DNA of 63,460 nt, from assembly GCA_964512285.1 (NCBI GenBank), contig CAZEJO010000001.1, positions 45,784-109,243 of the forward strand. Direction: 5' to 3'. Shown here one piece after another: positions 19,799-30,223 of this stretch. Position numbers and translations under genes: made by a program. Source of the stretch: an uncultured Dehalococcoidia bacterium. GTDB lineage: Bacteria; Chloroflexota; Dehalococcoidia; SM23-28-2. The notes under the pieces are model-generated. The model did not search any database. It was not told the DNA's origin and worked only from the letters and a program-made list of their open reading frames with translations. Within the stretch, counting starts at the first letter, position 1; every line of letters starts with the position of its first letter.

Positions 19799-21843
19799 CC
19801 GCGTCTTCGTCGGCGATGGTAGCCGAAACGTTCCCATAGCTCAGGGATGGCTGATGGGAGGGCAATGAGGACAACGCGATCGCCAGGCTCCAGTGAGACG
19901 TCGCCGCGGGGGATGATAGGGGAGCCGTCGCGGACGATAGAGACGATGATGCTGTCTGCGGGCAGTTCTATGTCTCGAATGTGCTTGCCTGCCAGTGGGG
20001 AGCGCTTGGTCACCTTGAACTCCATTTCTTCGGTGCCGTAGAGCTCGACCAGGGCGGGAGTAGGGGCAGGCTGAGCAGGACGGGCGTGGGCGGCTAGCGC
20101 GCGGCCCGAGGCGTTGATAACGTCGCTGTGGCGCAAGAGGCCCAGCAACACGGAGGGGTCGTGGCGGCTGACCACCGGTAGCTGGCGCAGGCCTTGGCTA
20201 CCCAGCCGCCTCACTGCCTCTTCGAGGGTTTGGTCGGGGAAAATGGTGACGGGGCTCTTGGCAGCGATGTCCTGAACTGTCAAAGCCGAGAGATCCTTGC
20301 CGAGGACGCGCTCAATATCGGAGGGCGTGAGGATGCCCACGAGCTTCCTGTCAGGGTCGAGCACGGGAAATGCTCTCGGGTGGCCATCGGCAGGAATGCC
20401 CTCCAGCAGCTCTGCTACGCTCGTATCGGCCGACACCACGTCGAAGTTGCGGGCCATAGCTTGCCCCACTGTGATCATCTGTAGCAGCGGTGCTTCCCGT
20501 CCTTCCTCAATCTGCACGCCGCGCCGCCGCAGCTTCAGGGTATAGATGGTGTCGCGTCTGATGAGCTGGGCCACTACCGTGCTCACGGCCACAGCCATCA
20601 TCAGAGGGAGCATGATGCTGTAATCGCGGGTCATCTCGAAGAGGATGAGAATGGACGTAATGGGTGCGCGGGCAGCGGCGGCGAAAACTGCTGCCATCCC
20701 TACCAGGGCGTAGGCACCAGATGACGCAGTGACATCGGGGAATAGATTGTGGGCAACATCGCCATAGGCGGCGCCCAGCATGGCCCCGATGAACAGAGAA
20801 GGGGCGAAGACGCCGCCACTGCCGCCGCTGCCAATGGTGAGGGAGGTGGCCAGGATCTTCAGCCCTGCCAGAGCGATGAGAACATCCAAGCCTCTGTCGC
20901 CTGTCAGGGCGCTGGGTATGGCGTTAGCGCTCGGGCCGCTGCCGTAGCCGACGCCGAAGAGATCGACGAACCAGAGGCCGAGAAGGCCCATCCCAAGGCC
21001 GCCAATGGCCGGCTTGACCATCTCTGGCAGACGCAGGGCGTCGAAGATGTCCTCAGTCTTGTAGAGGACAGTGATAAAGGCAAGTCCGGCCAGGGCGGCG
21101 AAAAGGCCCAGGAGGGCGTACAGTGGAAATTCAAGGTTGCTCTCCAGCGCGTGGGGAGGGATAGCGAAGGCGGGGTCATTTCCCAGAAAGGCGTGGCCGA
21201 CAGAATCCGCCACCACCGAGCTCAGCACGACAACGCTGAAGTTCCGCAGATTGAAGCGACGAAGGATAACCTCCAGGGCGAAAAACACGCCGGCAATAGG
21301 GGCGTTGAAGGTAGCGGAAATGCCGCCGGCGGCGCCGGCGGCCACCAGCAGGCGGATGTTCTCTTCGGAGAGCCGAAGGAGCTGGCCAAGGGTGGAGCCT
21401 ACGGCTGAGCCGATCTGGACGATCGGCCCCTCGCGTCCCACAGAGCCGCCGCTGCCGATGCAAAGGGCAGAGGCGATCGATTTGATCACGGCTACGCGGG
21501 GCCGGATGCGGCCTCCCTGCGTCTCCACAGCCAGCATGACCTCGGGCACGCCGTGGCCCTTGGCTTCGCGGGCCAGGAAATAGATGATGGGTCCTACCAA
21601 CAGGCCACCCAGGACAGGGAGGAGAATGACTCTTTGGTCGCCTAGCGGGCTGAGGGCGTCGCTCAGGCGGTTAAAGAAGACCCAGTCGAAGGCGGAAATG
21701 AGATGGCGGAATATTATAGCTCCGCCGCCAGCGGCTAGGCCGACCAGCAGAGCTAGTACATAGGGCAGAAGGGTTTCGTACTGGAGCGTGAGGCCTTGCA
21801 GTCGGCTCAGAATTGTGGCACGAAAATGATCCCAAGTAGTCAT
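19795..21843 (-). CDS. ClC-family chloride channel/antiporter with CBS pair and TrkA-C (RCK-C) C-terminal domains
   Basis: Selectivity-filter motifs GSGGSVGREGP, GISATFNAPIAGVFF and GGVFAPSLFIG. Followed by CBS-like and TrkA-C-like segments. Confidence 0.9.
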   Translation of the reverse strand: MTTWDHFRATILSRLQGLTLQYETLLPYVLALLVGLAAGGGAIIFRHLISAFDWVFFNRLSDALSPLGDQRVILLPVLGGLLVGPIIYFLAREAKGHGVPEVMLAVETQGGRIRPRVAVIKSIASALCIGSGGSVGREGPIVQIGSAVGSTLGQLLRLSEENIRLLVAAGAAGGISATFNAPIAGVFFALEVILRRFNLRNFSVVVLSSVVADSVGHAFLGNDPAFAIPPHALESNLEFPLYALLGLFAALAGLAFITVLYKTEDIFDALRLPEMVKPAIGGLGMGLLGLWFVDLFGVGYGSGPSANAIPSALTGDRGLDVLIALAGLKILATSLTIGSGGSGGVFAPSLFIGAMLGAAYGDVAHNLFPDVTASSGAYALVGMAAVFAAAARAPITSILILFEMTRDYSIMLPLMMAVAVSTVVAQLIRRDTIYTLKLRRRGVQIEEGREAPLLQMITVGQAMARNFDVVSADTSVAELLEGIPADGHPRAFPVLDPDRKLVGILTPSDIERVLGKDLSALTVQDIAAKSPVTIFPDQTLEEAVRRLGSQGLRQLPVVSRHDPSVLLGLLRHSDVINASGRALAAHARPAQPAPTPALVELYGTEEMEFKVTKRSPLAGKHIRDIELPADSIIVSIVRDGSPIIPRGDVSLEPGDRVVLIALPSAIPELWERFGYHRRRRRG

Positions 21844-21913
21844 CGTCTCTTAGCTTGAGTCTAAGACGGACAGATGTTTGTGTCTACGCGCTCGTTGGGC
21901 AGGACGAGTGTAT

Positions 21914-22744
21914 TCACGCTTTCGGGTAGGAAAGGCGCAGAACATCGAGCAGGAGATCGGGCCTGTCGGACATGAGACCGTCCACTCCGAGGTTGAGCAG
22001 GCGGCGCATCTCCTCGCTTTCGTCCACTGTCCATACGTGCACCTGGATGCCGAGTCGATGCGCAGCCTGGACGAGGCGACGGTCCACCACCGGAAGGGCG
22101 CCCCGGTGGGGTGGGACCTGGAGCGCGTCGTAGGGAAGGCGAAGGAAGCGCGTCAAGCCCAGACGGCTGGCCAGCCAGAACAGGCGCGCCTCCCGACTGG
22201 CGGCGGAGGTGGCCACGCGGCCGCCCGTCCGTTGCCGAAACTCCTTCAGCACTCGATCGTGGAAGGAGCCCACGAGGATGCGATCGTGGGCGTTCTGCTC
22301 CTCGATGAAGGTGACCAGGGCCTCAACCAGGGAAGGCTCCTTTTGCTTGATCTCGAGGTTGAGGCAGGTATCGGGGAAGGCCTGCGTCACTTCAGCCAGG
22401 GTGGGGACTCTGATTCCCTTTCCCCGAAAGGGGAAGCTCTGGCCTTCGTCGGGGGAGAAGCGGTAGCCGGCATCGAGCCGCTTCAGCTCGGCCAGCGTGA
22501 GGGCGTGGACAGGGCCGGAGCCATCGCTGATGCGATCCAGGGTCTCGTCGTGGATGGTGACCAAGACGCCGTCTCTGGTGGTGTGGATGTCCGTTTCTAG
22601 GTAGCGGCATCCCAACTGGACGGCTCCCTGGAAGGCGACCATCGTGTTCTCTGGCCAGAGCTTGCTGCCGCCCCGATGGGCAAAAGCCAGGGGGTGGGCT
22701 CCCTCCAGGAAGGGGCGCTTTGGTCTTCTATGGGGCTCAGTCAT
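21914..22744 (-). CDS. Glycerophosphodiester phosphodiesterase
   Basis: FAHRGGSKLWPENTMVAF..LETDIHTTRDGVLVTIHDETLDR (GDPD catalytic His/Glu/Asp pattern). Confidence 0.9.
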   Translation of the reverse strand: MTEPHRRPKRPFLEGAHPLAFAHRGGSKLWPENTMVAFQGAVQLGCRYLETDIHTTRDGVLVTIHDETLDRISDGSGPVHALTLAELKRLDAGYRFSPDEGQSFPFRGKGIRVPTLAEVTQAFPDTCLNLEIKQKEPSLVEALVTFIEEQNAHDRILVGSFHDRVLKEFRQRTGGRVATSAASREARLFWLASRLGLTRFLRLPYDALQVPPHRGALPVVDRRLVQAAHRLGIQVHVWTVDESEEMRRLLNLGVDGLMSDRPDLLLDVLRLSYPKA

Positions 22745-22939
22745 ACTGGGGCCATCACCATTAGGTGAGCTAATCTTAGGCTCGGAAGGGCGGCTGGTTC
22801 AAGCGAGCCTGGCTTCCCTAGCGGACACGGATGCAGAGTCACCACAGGTATTGCGTTCCTGGCCGCTGTGGGGCTACTCTGTCCTTGAGGGCGAGCCCAC
22901 CTGGGACGAGGCCAACATGAATGCCAAGGCGTGCCTTAA

Positions 22940-23842
22940 ATGAGCTATTTTGAAATGGCAGAAGTGCCTCCCCTGCGAAGTCCAGTTCTGGTGATGGCCT
23001 TCGGTGGCTGGAATGATGCTGGCCAGGCGGCGACTACGGCGGTGCGCTTTCTGATCGAGGGGTGGTCGGCGCAGCGATTCGCCAGCATCGACCCCGAGGA
23101 GTTCTTCGACTTCACCAGCACGCGCCCCACGATCCGCCTTGCCCAGGACTTGCAGCGAGAGCTGGAGTGGCCCAGCACTGCCTTCTTCCACAAGGCAGAC
23201 TCCGCCCTGAAGCGAGATTTCGTCCTTCTCCTTGGCACCGAGCCCCACCTGAAGTGGCGGGCATTCACGGGGGCCGTTCTTGAGGTCGCCCAGCAGTGCG
23301 GCGTAACTCAGGCGGTGAGCCTTGGCGCATTCCTTGGCGAGACGCCACACTCTCGTTCGGTGCCGTTGACCGGCTTCGCCACCGACCCAAAGTTGGCTGC
23401 GAGACTGGAGCAGTTACATATCTCCCCCACGCGCTACGAGGGGCCCACCGGCATTGTCGGCACAATGCACGATGCCTGCCGGCGGGAGGGCCTGCTGGCG
23501 GTCAGCCTGTGGGCGGCGGTGCCGCACTACTTGGGGGCGACGGAGAATCCCAAGGGGGCCGTGGCGCTCCTGCACGCCTTGGACGTGCTCTTCGATCTCG
23601 ACCTGGACTTTCGCCGGATTGAGAAGGCCGTGGCCGATTTCGAGAAGGAGGTGGCTCGAGCGATCGCCAGCAATCCGGAGATCGCTGCCTACGTCCGAGA
23701 GATGGAGCGACGGTCGGACGCCCTGTCGGAGGCTGAGGCGACGGTAGGGCCGGGAGGTGCCGAGCTTCCCAGCGGTGAAGTGCTAATCGAGGAACTGGAG
23801 GAGTTTCTCAAGGACAAGCGGGAAGACGAGGAGGAAGACTAG
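22940..23842 (+). CDS. PAC2 (proteasome assembly chaperone 2-like) family protein
   Basis: SPVLVMAFGGWNDAGQAATTAVRFL...LLLGTEPHLKW with an acidic C-terminal tail. Confidence 0.75.
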   Translation: MSYFEMAEVPPLRSPVLVMAFGGWNDAGQAATTAVRFLIEGWSAQRFASIDPEEFFDFTSTRPTIRLAQDLQRELEWPSTAFFHKADSALKRDFVLLLGTEPHLKWRAFTGAVLEVAQQCGVTQAVSLGAFLGETPHSRSVPLTGFATDPKLAARLEQLHISPTRYEGPTGIVGTMHDACRREGLLAVSLWAAVPHYLGATENPKGAVALLHALDVLFDLDLDFRRIEKAVADFEKEVARAIASNPEIAAYVREMERRSDALSEAEATVGPGGAELPSGEVLIEELEEFLKDKREDEEED

Positions 23843-23897
23843 CCTCGCCAGCCAAGGCGCGGCCGGGCGGGTCTCCAGCGCCGGGCGTCGCTGATTC

Positions 23898-25238
23898 TTA
23901 GTCCTCGAACGCGTATAGCGGCCCGAAGTACTCGAACCCGGGCTGTCCATCCTCCACGACAACCTTCAGCATTCTGCCGGTCTGGAGGCCGATGTGGTCG
24001 CTATCGCTGAAGGTGACGTTCACTTCGTCCAGGAGCAGGTCGCTGTGCCAGTCCTCAATGGACTCAACCGCGTCCATTAAGCCCTCTCGCGTCAGGTTGT
24101 CGCAGGTTCTGCTGAGGGCTTCCAGCGCCAGTTCACCCACCAACTGGGCATAGATGGTGAAGTTGCTGGGCGCGGGCCCGCCGTAGTCTCTCATGAGGTC
24201 ATAGTGACTGGCCACTGCCGGGTCGTCCCGCATTGTCGCCAGCTTGAAGGCCTGGAAGGTGATGGCTCCCTCCAGAAGCTCGGGTGAGATGAACTGGAAC
24301 ATGATATCGTCTGCCGAGGTGTAGCTCATGAAGGTGTGCGGATGCCAGCCGAGGCGTTCGGCTTCCATGATGGCCTGGCCAACCTGGCCGGGACCGGTGA
24401 GATAGACGGCGACGGTGGCGCCAGAGTTCTTCATGTTAGCCACTTGCGACCTGATAGAGATGTCTGTGAGTTCGAAGCTCTGATCGGTGACCAGTTCATT
24501 CTTGTCAGGGTCGAGTCCCTGCTTGAGGCCTGCCAGCTCGTCCCATCCCTGGGGGCCATTCTCGTAGAGAGCGGCCACTTTCTCGTCGGGCAGGTTCTCG
24601 GAAATGTACTCGCCCAAGAAGATACCTTCGACGGTGTAGCTGGGGATCAGCGTGACGGTCCAGGGATGGCTCTCGGGGTCGATACCGAATTGGTGGACTC
24701 CCGACGAGAGGAAGATGTCGGGCACACCCTTCTCATTGATATAGTCCCAGGCGGCGGCTTCGGAATCGTCTCCCAGAGAGCCGACCAGGGCGAAGACCCC
24801 GTCTCGCTCTATCAGCTTGCGTGCGGCCTCAAGGCCCTGTGCTGCGTCATTGTTGTTGTCTTCCATCTTGTAGACGATCTCGCGGCCGCAGACGCCGCCC
24901 TGAGTGTCGTTGATGTAATCGAAGTAGGCTTTCGTAGCGTCGGGGATCATGCGGAAGGCGGCGCCAAAAACCCCACCAAGGATGAGATGAGCCCCCAGGA
25001 TTATCTCTGTGTCCGTGATGCCTGGCGTCTCCCCTGTCGCGGTGGGAGTGCCCGTCGCCGCTGGCGTGGCGGTGTCGGTCACCGTTGCGGCTGGCGACGC
25101 GGCAGGAGTGGTGGTCGCTTCCTCTTCTTTGTCTCCGCAGCCGCTCAGTAGGGGGACTGCCACCAGGCAGACCAGGAGCAGAACGGTCAGCGGAGCGCTG
25201 AGCTTAGCTGATAGAGGCATCGTCTGCTTGGCTCTCAT
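23898..25238 (-). CDS. LivJ-type (Peripla_BP_6) substrate-binding lipoprotein, paralogue A
   Basis: The start was set at ATG 25238. Lipobox LLSGC, a Thr/Pro/Ala linker, then YFDYINDTQGGVCGREIVYK. Confidence 0.85.
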   Translation of the reverse strand: MRAKQTMPLSAKLSAPLTVLLLVCLVAVPLLSGCGDKEEEATTTPAASPAATVTDTATPAATGTPTATGETPGITDTEIILGAHLILGGVFGAAFRMIPDATKAYFDYINDTQGGVCGREIVYKMEDNNNDAAQGLEAARKLIERDGVFALVGSLGDDSEAAAWDYINEKGVPDIFLSSGVHQFGIDPESHPWTVTLIPSYTVEGIFLGEYISENLPDEKVAALYENGPQGWDELAGLKQGLDPDKNELVTDQSFELTDISIRSQVANMKNSGATVAVYLTGPGQVGQAIMEAERLGWHPHTFMSYTSADDIMFQFISPELLEGAITFQAFKLATMRDDPAVASHYDLMRDYGGPAPSNFTIYAQLVGELALEALSRTCDNLTREGLMDAVESIEDWHSDLLLDEVNVTFSDSDHIGLQTGRMLKVVVEDGQPGFEYFGPLYAFED

Positions 25239-25264
25239 CCTAGCCTCTCCTCCCACCAATAAGA

Positions 25265-26584
25265 CTACTCTTCTCCCCAGTAGGTAAATACCGGGCCAAA
25301 GTACTCCCACTCGCCCTTGCCATCCTGCACGACCACCTTCAGCAGCCTGCCGTTTCCGATGGCCGTGTGGTCATCGGGGCCGAAGGAGATGTTGATTCCG
25401 TCCAGGAGCAGGTCGCTGTGGAAGTCCGTGAGGGACTCGGTGGCGTCCATCAGGCCCTCGCGGGTCAGGTTGTCGCAGGTACTGCTGAGGATTTCGACGG
25501 CCACTTCTCCCAGCGACTGCGCATAAACGGTGAAGTTCGTGGGTGAGGGGCCACCGTACTCGTCCATGATCCGGTGGTGTTCGGCTATGGCTGGCTCATC
25601 GGTCCAGGTTGCTAGCTTGTAGGTTTGAGTGGTGATGGTGCCCTCCAGGAGCTCGGCCGAGACGAACTGAAATAACATTTCGTCGGAATTGACGTAGCTC
25701 GTGAACCACTGGGGATGCCAGCCGAGATTGTCAGCCTCCTTGACAGCCTGGGCAGTATAGCCGGGGGTGGTGTACAACACGACCACTTCGGCGCCGTCGT
25801 TCTTCATATTGGCGATCTGGGAGCGAACGGAGACGGCTGTGCTCTCATAGCTCTGTTCGGAGACGATCTCATTTTTGTCGGGGTCCAGGCTCATCTTCAT
25901 GCCTTCGAGGCCGTCGTAGCCAAAGACCTGGTTCTCATACAAGACGCCCACTTTCTTGCCTGGCAGGTTTTCGGAGATGTATTCGCCGAAAAAGACTGAT
26001 TCGTTCCTGTAGTCGGGAATCATCTGGATCGTCCAAGGGTGTCCCTCGGGGTCGGCGACGAACATGTGAGCCCCGGCGGAAAGCAGAAAGTCGGGCACTT
26101 CCTCCTCATTGAGGTAGTCCCAGACGCCGCCGTGGGGCACGTCGCCCAGGGAGCCAGTAATGGCGAATACCTTGTCGCGCTCCACCAGCTTGCGCACTGC
26201 TTCAGCGGCTCTGGCCGGGTCCATCTGGTTGTCTTCCAGTTTGTAGACGATCTTGCGATCGCAGACGCCTCCCTGGGTGTCGTTGATGTAATCGAAGTAG
26301 GCTTTTGTGGCCTGAGGGATCGTGGCGTAGACCGCTCCCATAGCCCCAGCGAGGGGAACATCGGCTCCCAGGATTATCTCTGTGGCCGTGATGCCCGGCG
26401 TCTCCCCCGTGGTGGTGGGAGATCCTGTCGCCTCGGCTGTGGGCGTGCCGGCAGGGGTAGGAGACTCCTCTTCTTCATCTCCGCAGCCGCCCAGCAGGGG
26501 GATCGCCACCAGGCAGGCCAGGAGCAGGGCAACCAGCCCGGTGGTGACTCTGCGTGGCAGGTGGGTGGAGTAGCCAGCTTTCAT
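25265..26584 (-). CDS. LivJ-type substrate-binding lipoprotein, paralogue B
   Basis: Lipobox LLGGC followed by YFDYINDTQGGVCDRKIVYK. Full-length paralogue of A, C and D. Confidence 0.85.
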   Translation of the reverse strand: MKAGYSTHLPRRVTTGLVALLLACLVAIPLLGGCGDEEEESPTPAGTPTAEATGSPTTTGETPGITATEIILGADVPLAGAMGAVYATIPQATKAYFDYINDTQGGVCDRKIVYKLEDNQMDPARAAEAVRKLVERDKVFAITGSLGDVPHGGVWDYLNEEEVPDFLLSAGAHMFVADPEGHPWTIQMIPDYRNESVFFGEYISENLPGKKVGVLYENQVFGYDGLEGMKMSLDPDKNEIVSEQSYESTAVSVRSQIANMKNDGAEVVVLYTTPGYTAQAVKEADNLGWHPQWFTSYVNSDEMLFQFVSAELLEGTITTQTYKLATWTDEPAIAEHHRIMDEYGGPSPTNFTVYAQSLGEVAVEILSSTCDNLTREGLMDATESLTDFHSDLLLDGINISFGPDDHTAIGNGRLLKVVVQDGKGEWEYFGPVFTYWGEE

Positions 26585-26794
26585 CCTAGTCCCTCCTCTC
26601 CCGCTCAGAAAGATTGCTTGCTCTTGAAGAAGGGGCGTAGAGGCTACCGAACGGCAGTAATAGCTTCTTCCAGGGACATATATAACACACAGATGTCAAT
26701 AGGCCAAGCTGAAAGGCGGAGTGGTTGCAGGTGGGCGCCGGGTTGCGGAGGAGGGGCGGGCTGACAGCAAGGGAAGAATGCAGGAAGGCCTGGC

Positions 26795-26824
26795 TTGACC
26801 TACTACTCGTGGCAACCCTATGAT
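26795..26824 (+). promoter_or_regulatory. Candidate sigma-70 promoter for the AOR gene (TTGACC-N18-TATGAT)
   Basis: TTGACC at 26795-26800 and TATGAT at 26819-26824. It would give a ~90-nt leader before ATG 26920. Confidence 0.3.
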
Positions 26825-26919
26825 TATCGACGCTGAGACCGTCGTGGTCTGGTCACATCTTGGTCGGCTGCCAGCGCGCCTGGCGGCGTTTGCGTATATA
26901 GAGAACGGAGCACTGGGGA

Positions 26920-28773
26920 ATGCTAAACAAGGCCATCAACGGCAAGATCCTCACCGTGAATCTTAGCTCGGGTGCCATCGAGGCCGAGTCCTTGCCGGAG
27001 GAGATGTACCGCCGCTACATCGGCGGCTACGGCCTGGGTGCCCGCTTGCTCTTTGACCGCATTCCTCAGGGTGCTAAGGCGCTGGGTCCAGACAACATTC
27101 TCGGCTTCTTCCCCGGCCTCCTCACCGGCACTCCCCTGTTCGGGAATCGCTATCAGGCCGTCGCCAAGTCGCCCAAGACCGACGGCTGGGGCGACGCCAA
27201 CGGCGGCGGCGATTTCGGCCCCTTCTTGAAGCATGCCGGCTGGGACGGCCTGCTGGTCAGCGGCATATCGGACAAGCCGGTCTATCTCGTCATCGAGGAT
27301 GAGAAGGTCGAGGTCAAGGACGCAGGCGACCTCTGGGGCCTGGACGCCATCACCACGGAGGTCCAGCTCAAGGAGCGCCACGGCAAGAAGGCGAGCGTGG
27401 CCTGCATTGGCCAGTCGGGGGAGAATCTCTCCTACATGGCTGGCATCTGCAACGAGTATGGTCGTCTGGCCGCCCGCAGCGGACTGGGTGCTGTGATGGG
27501 CTCCAAGAAGCTCAAGGCCGTCGTAGTCCTGGCTTCCCGCAACATCCTGGCCGGCGATGACGCGAGCGTGCGCAGCTTGGTGCGCACGTCCGTAGACGAG
27601 TTCGGGCCGGTTGCCGCCTTCTTCCGCGGCTTTGGCACCACCGGCGTCACCGCCACTTCAGCCGTCACGGGCGACTCGCCGGTGAAGAACTGGGGCGGCG
27701 TTGGCACTGTTGACTTCCCGACGGCGCCACAGCTCGCTGGCAACAAGTTCAACGCCAAGATGGATAAGACCTACGGTTGCTGGCATTGCCCCCTATCTTG
27801 TGGTGCTGAGAGCAAGGAATCTGACAACCCCAAGTTTCCCTATCCGAAGGGCACTCATCGGGCGGAATATGAGACGGCCAGTGCCTTCGGCAGCTTGACT
27901 CTTAACGCCGACATCGACTCGCTGCAGTGCGTCAACCACCTCTGCAATGCCTACGGCCTGGACACCATCTCTGCCGGCGCCACCGTCGCCTTCGCCATCG
28001 AGTGCTATGAGAACGGCCTCATCAGCAGCGAGGACACAGATGGCCTGGAGCTGACCTGGGGCAACGCTGAGGCCATCGTGGAGATGGTCCATCGGATCGG
28101 CAAGCGAGAGGGCTTAGGCGACCTCTTTGCCGATGGTATTCGCAAGGCCGCCCAGAAACTGGGCCCCAAGGCAGAGCCTTTCGCCATGGAGGTGGGTGGT
28201 GAGGAGCTGCCCATGCACGAGGCCAGGCTGCAGCCGGAGTACTTCACTACCTATAAGCTGGACCCGACTCCCGCCCGCCATACTCAGTACCCGAGTGCTA
28301 TTGCGCCCGACTGGGGTGTGCCGTCTGCGCCGAAGGATCGAAATGAGGCCAGCGGCCGCGCTCTGCACCACAAAGGCATCTCCGAGTTTCAGCACATCGT
28401 CAACAGCATCGGCACGTGCATGTTCATCACGTTTGCCGGCCCCGACCAGCGCATTCCCGAGTGGGTCAACGCCGTCACCGGCTGGGATACCACCCACCAG
28501 GAGCTGCTCAAGACGGGCGAACGCATCGCGAACCTGCGGATGGCCTTTCAGGTGCGAGAGGGGGACAACCCTGCCCAGCGTCGCATCCCTGGTCGGCTCA
28601 TCGGCAGCCCGCCGTTGGAAGGGGGGCCGCACGCGGGTGTAAGCCTGGACGCGGAGACCATGCAGCGCGAGTTCCTGGCCGCCTGCGATTGGGAGCAGCA
28701 GACCTGCGTGCCCAGCCGAGCCAAGCTGGAGGAGATGGGTCTTCAAGACGTAGCCGACGTTCTATACAAATAG
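26920..28773 (+). CDS. aor: Aldehyde:ferredoxin oxidoreductase (tungstopterin AOR family)
   Basis: 617 aa. AOR N-terminus GKILTVNLSSGAIEAESLPEE..YIGGYGLGARLL. [4Fe-4S] ligands in YGCWHCPLSCG (CxxCxxxC). Confidence 0.9.
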   Translation: MLNKAINGKILTVNLSSGAIEAESLPEEMYRRYIGGYGLGARLLFDRIPQGAKALGPDNILGFFPGLLTGTPLFGNRYQAVAKSPKTDGWGDANGGGDFGPFLKHAGWDGLLVSGISDKPVYLVIEDEKVEVKDAGDLWGLDAITTEVQLKERHGKKASVACIGQSGENLSYMAGICNEYGRLAARSGLGAVMGSKKLKAVVVLASRNILAGDDASVRSLVRTSVDEFGPVAAFFRGFGTTGVTATSAVTGDSPVKNWGGVGTVDFPTAPQLAGNKFNAKMDKTYGCWHCPLSCGAESKESDNPKFPYPKGTHRAEYETASAFGSLTLNADIDSLQCVNHLCNAYGLDTISAGATVAFAIECYENGLISSEDTDGLELTWGNAEAIVEMVHRIGKREGLGDLFADGIRKAAQKLGPKAEPFAMEVGGEELPMHEARLQPEYFTTYKLDPTPARHTQYPSAIAPDWGVPSAPKDRNEASGRALHHKGISEFQHIVNSIGTCMFITFAGPDQRIPEWVNAVTGWDTTHQELLKTGERIANLRMAFQVREGDNPAQRRIPGRLIGSPPLEGGPHAGVSLDAETMQREFLAACDWEQQTCVPSRAKLEEMGLQDVADVLYK

Positions 28774-28798
28774 GGGAATCCATAAAGGGAGGTCGAAC

Positions 28799-30118
28799 AT
28801 GAGAGTTGGGCATGTTGTGGCGGTATCAGGCAAAACCATCGTCCTGCTTCTGGCCTGCGTGGTTCTCGCCGCCTTGGCAGTGGCCTGTGGGGGGGAGAAA
28901 GAGGAGACTTCTACCCCCGGCGGCACGCCCACAGTCGGCGCGACCGGCACGCCTGCCACCACGACGGAGGCGCCGGGTATTACGGACACAGAGATACTCC
29001 TGGGAGCGGATGTGCCCCTCACTGGGGCTATGGCTGCGGTCTTCGCCACGATCCCTCAGGCCACGGAAGCCTACTTCAACTACATCAACGACACCCAGGG
29101 AGGCGTCTGCGGTCGCAAGATCGTCTACAAAGTAGTGGACAATCAGGACGACACGGCCAAGGGCATGGAGGCGGTGCGAAAGCTGGTGGAACAAGATGAA
29201 GTGTTCGCCATCGTCGGCTCCCTAGGCGATACTCCCCATGCCGCCGTCTGGGAGTACCTGAACGAGGATGAAGTGCCCGACATCTTGTGCTCCGCGGGGT
29301 CTCACATGTTCGGCTCTGACCCCGAGGGGTACCCCTGGACCGTCCAGATGATCCCCAGCTACAGGGCTGAGGGGGAGACCTTCGGTCAGTACATCTCGGA
29401 GAACCTGCCCGGCAAGAAGGTGGCTGTCCTCTACCCGAATAACCAACAGGGCGCTGATCACCTGCAAGGGGTAAAGGATGGGCTGGACCCCGATAAGAAC
29501 GAGGTCGTCTCGGAACAGAGCTACGAGGTCACGGCGGTCTCCGTCGCCTCCCAGGTCAACAACTTGGCGAACTCCGGCGCCGAGGTGATCACCACCGTTG
29601 CCACTCCCGGCTACACGGCTCAGGCCGTTAAGCAGGCCGAGCGTCTGGGCTGGGAGGCCCAGTGGTTCTTGAGCTACATCAATTCCGACCCCATAATCTT
29701 TCAGTTCGTCTCGGCCGAACTCCTGGAGGGCGCCATAACTGGCCAATCCTACAAGTTGGCAAACTGGACTGACGACCCAGCCGTAGCCGAACACTACCGG
29801 ATCATGCAGGAGTACGGTGGCCCCTCGCCCACCAACTTCACTATCTATGCCCAGTCACTGGGAGAAGTGGCTGTGGAGATACTCAGCAGGACCTGTGACA
29901 ACCTGACTCGCGAGGGACTGATGGACTCTCTCGAGTCCCTCCAGGACTACCACAGCGACCTGCTCCTGGACGAAGTCAACATCACCTTCAGCGACACTGA
30001 CCACACGGCTATCCAAACCAGCAGGATGCTGAAGCTGGTCTTGGAGGATGGCAAGGGCGTGTGGGAATACTTCGGCCCAATACGGGAATACACGGAAAGC
30101 GAACTCCTGGAGGACTAG
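28799..30118 (+). CDS. LivJ-type substrate-binding lipoprotein, paralogue C
   Basis: SD AGGGAGG. Lipobox LAVAC. YFNYINDTQGGVCGRKIVYK. Confidence 0.85.
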   Translation: MRVGHVVAVSGKTIVLLLACVVLAALAVACGGEKEETSTPGGTPTVGATGTPATTTEAPGITDTEILLGADVPLTGAMAAVFATIPQATEAYFNYINDTQGGVCGRKIVYKVVDNQDDTAKGMEAVRKLVEQDEVFAIVGSLGDTPHAAVWEYLNEDEVPDILCSAGSHMFGSDPEGYPWTVQMIPSYRAEGETFGQYISENLPGKKVAVLYPNNQQGADHLQGVKDGLDPDKNEVVSEQSYEVTAVSVASQVNNLANSGAEVITTVATPGYTAQAVKQAERLGWEAQWFLSYINSDPIIFQFVSAELLEGAITGQSYKLANWTDDPAVAEHYRIMQEYGGPSPTNFTIYAQSLGEVAVEILSRTCDNLTREGLMDSLESLQDYHSDLLLDEVNITFSDTDHTAIQTSRMLKLVLEDGKGVWEYFGPIREYTESELLED

Positions 30119-30223
30119 AGCCCAACCACAGCGTGTAGTCCGACTCGGTAGGGCGTACCTTTCCAGGATTCACTCTCCACGGATGCTGGAAGAGCAGTCT
30201 TATTGGTAGGAGGAGAGGCTAGG

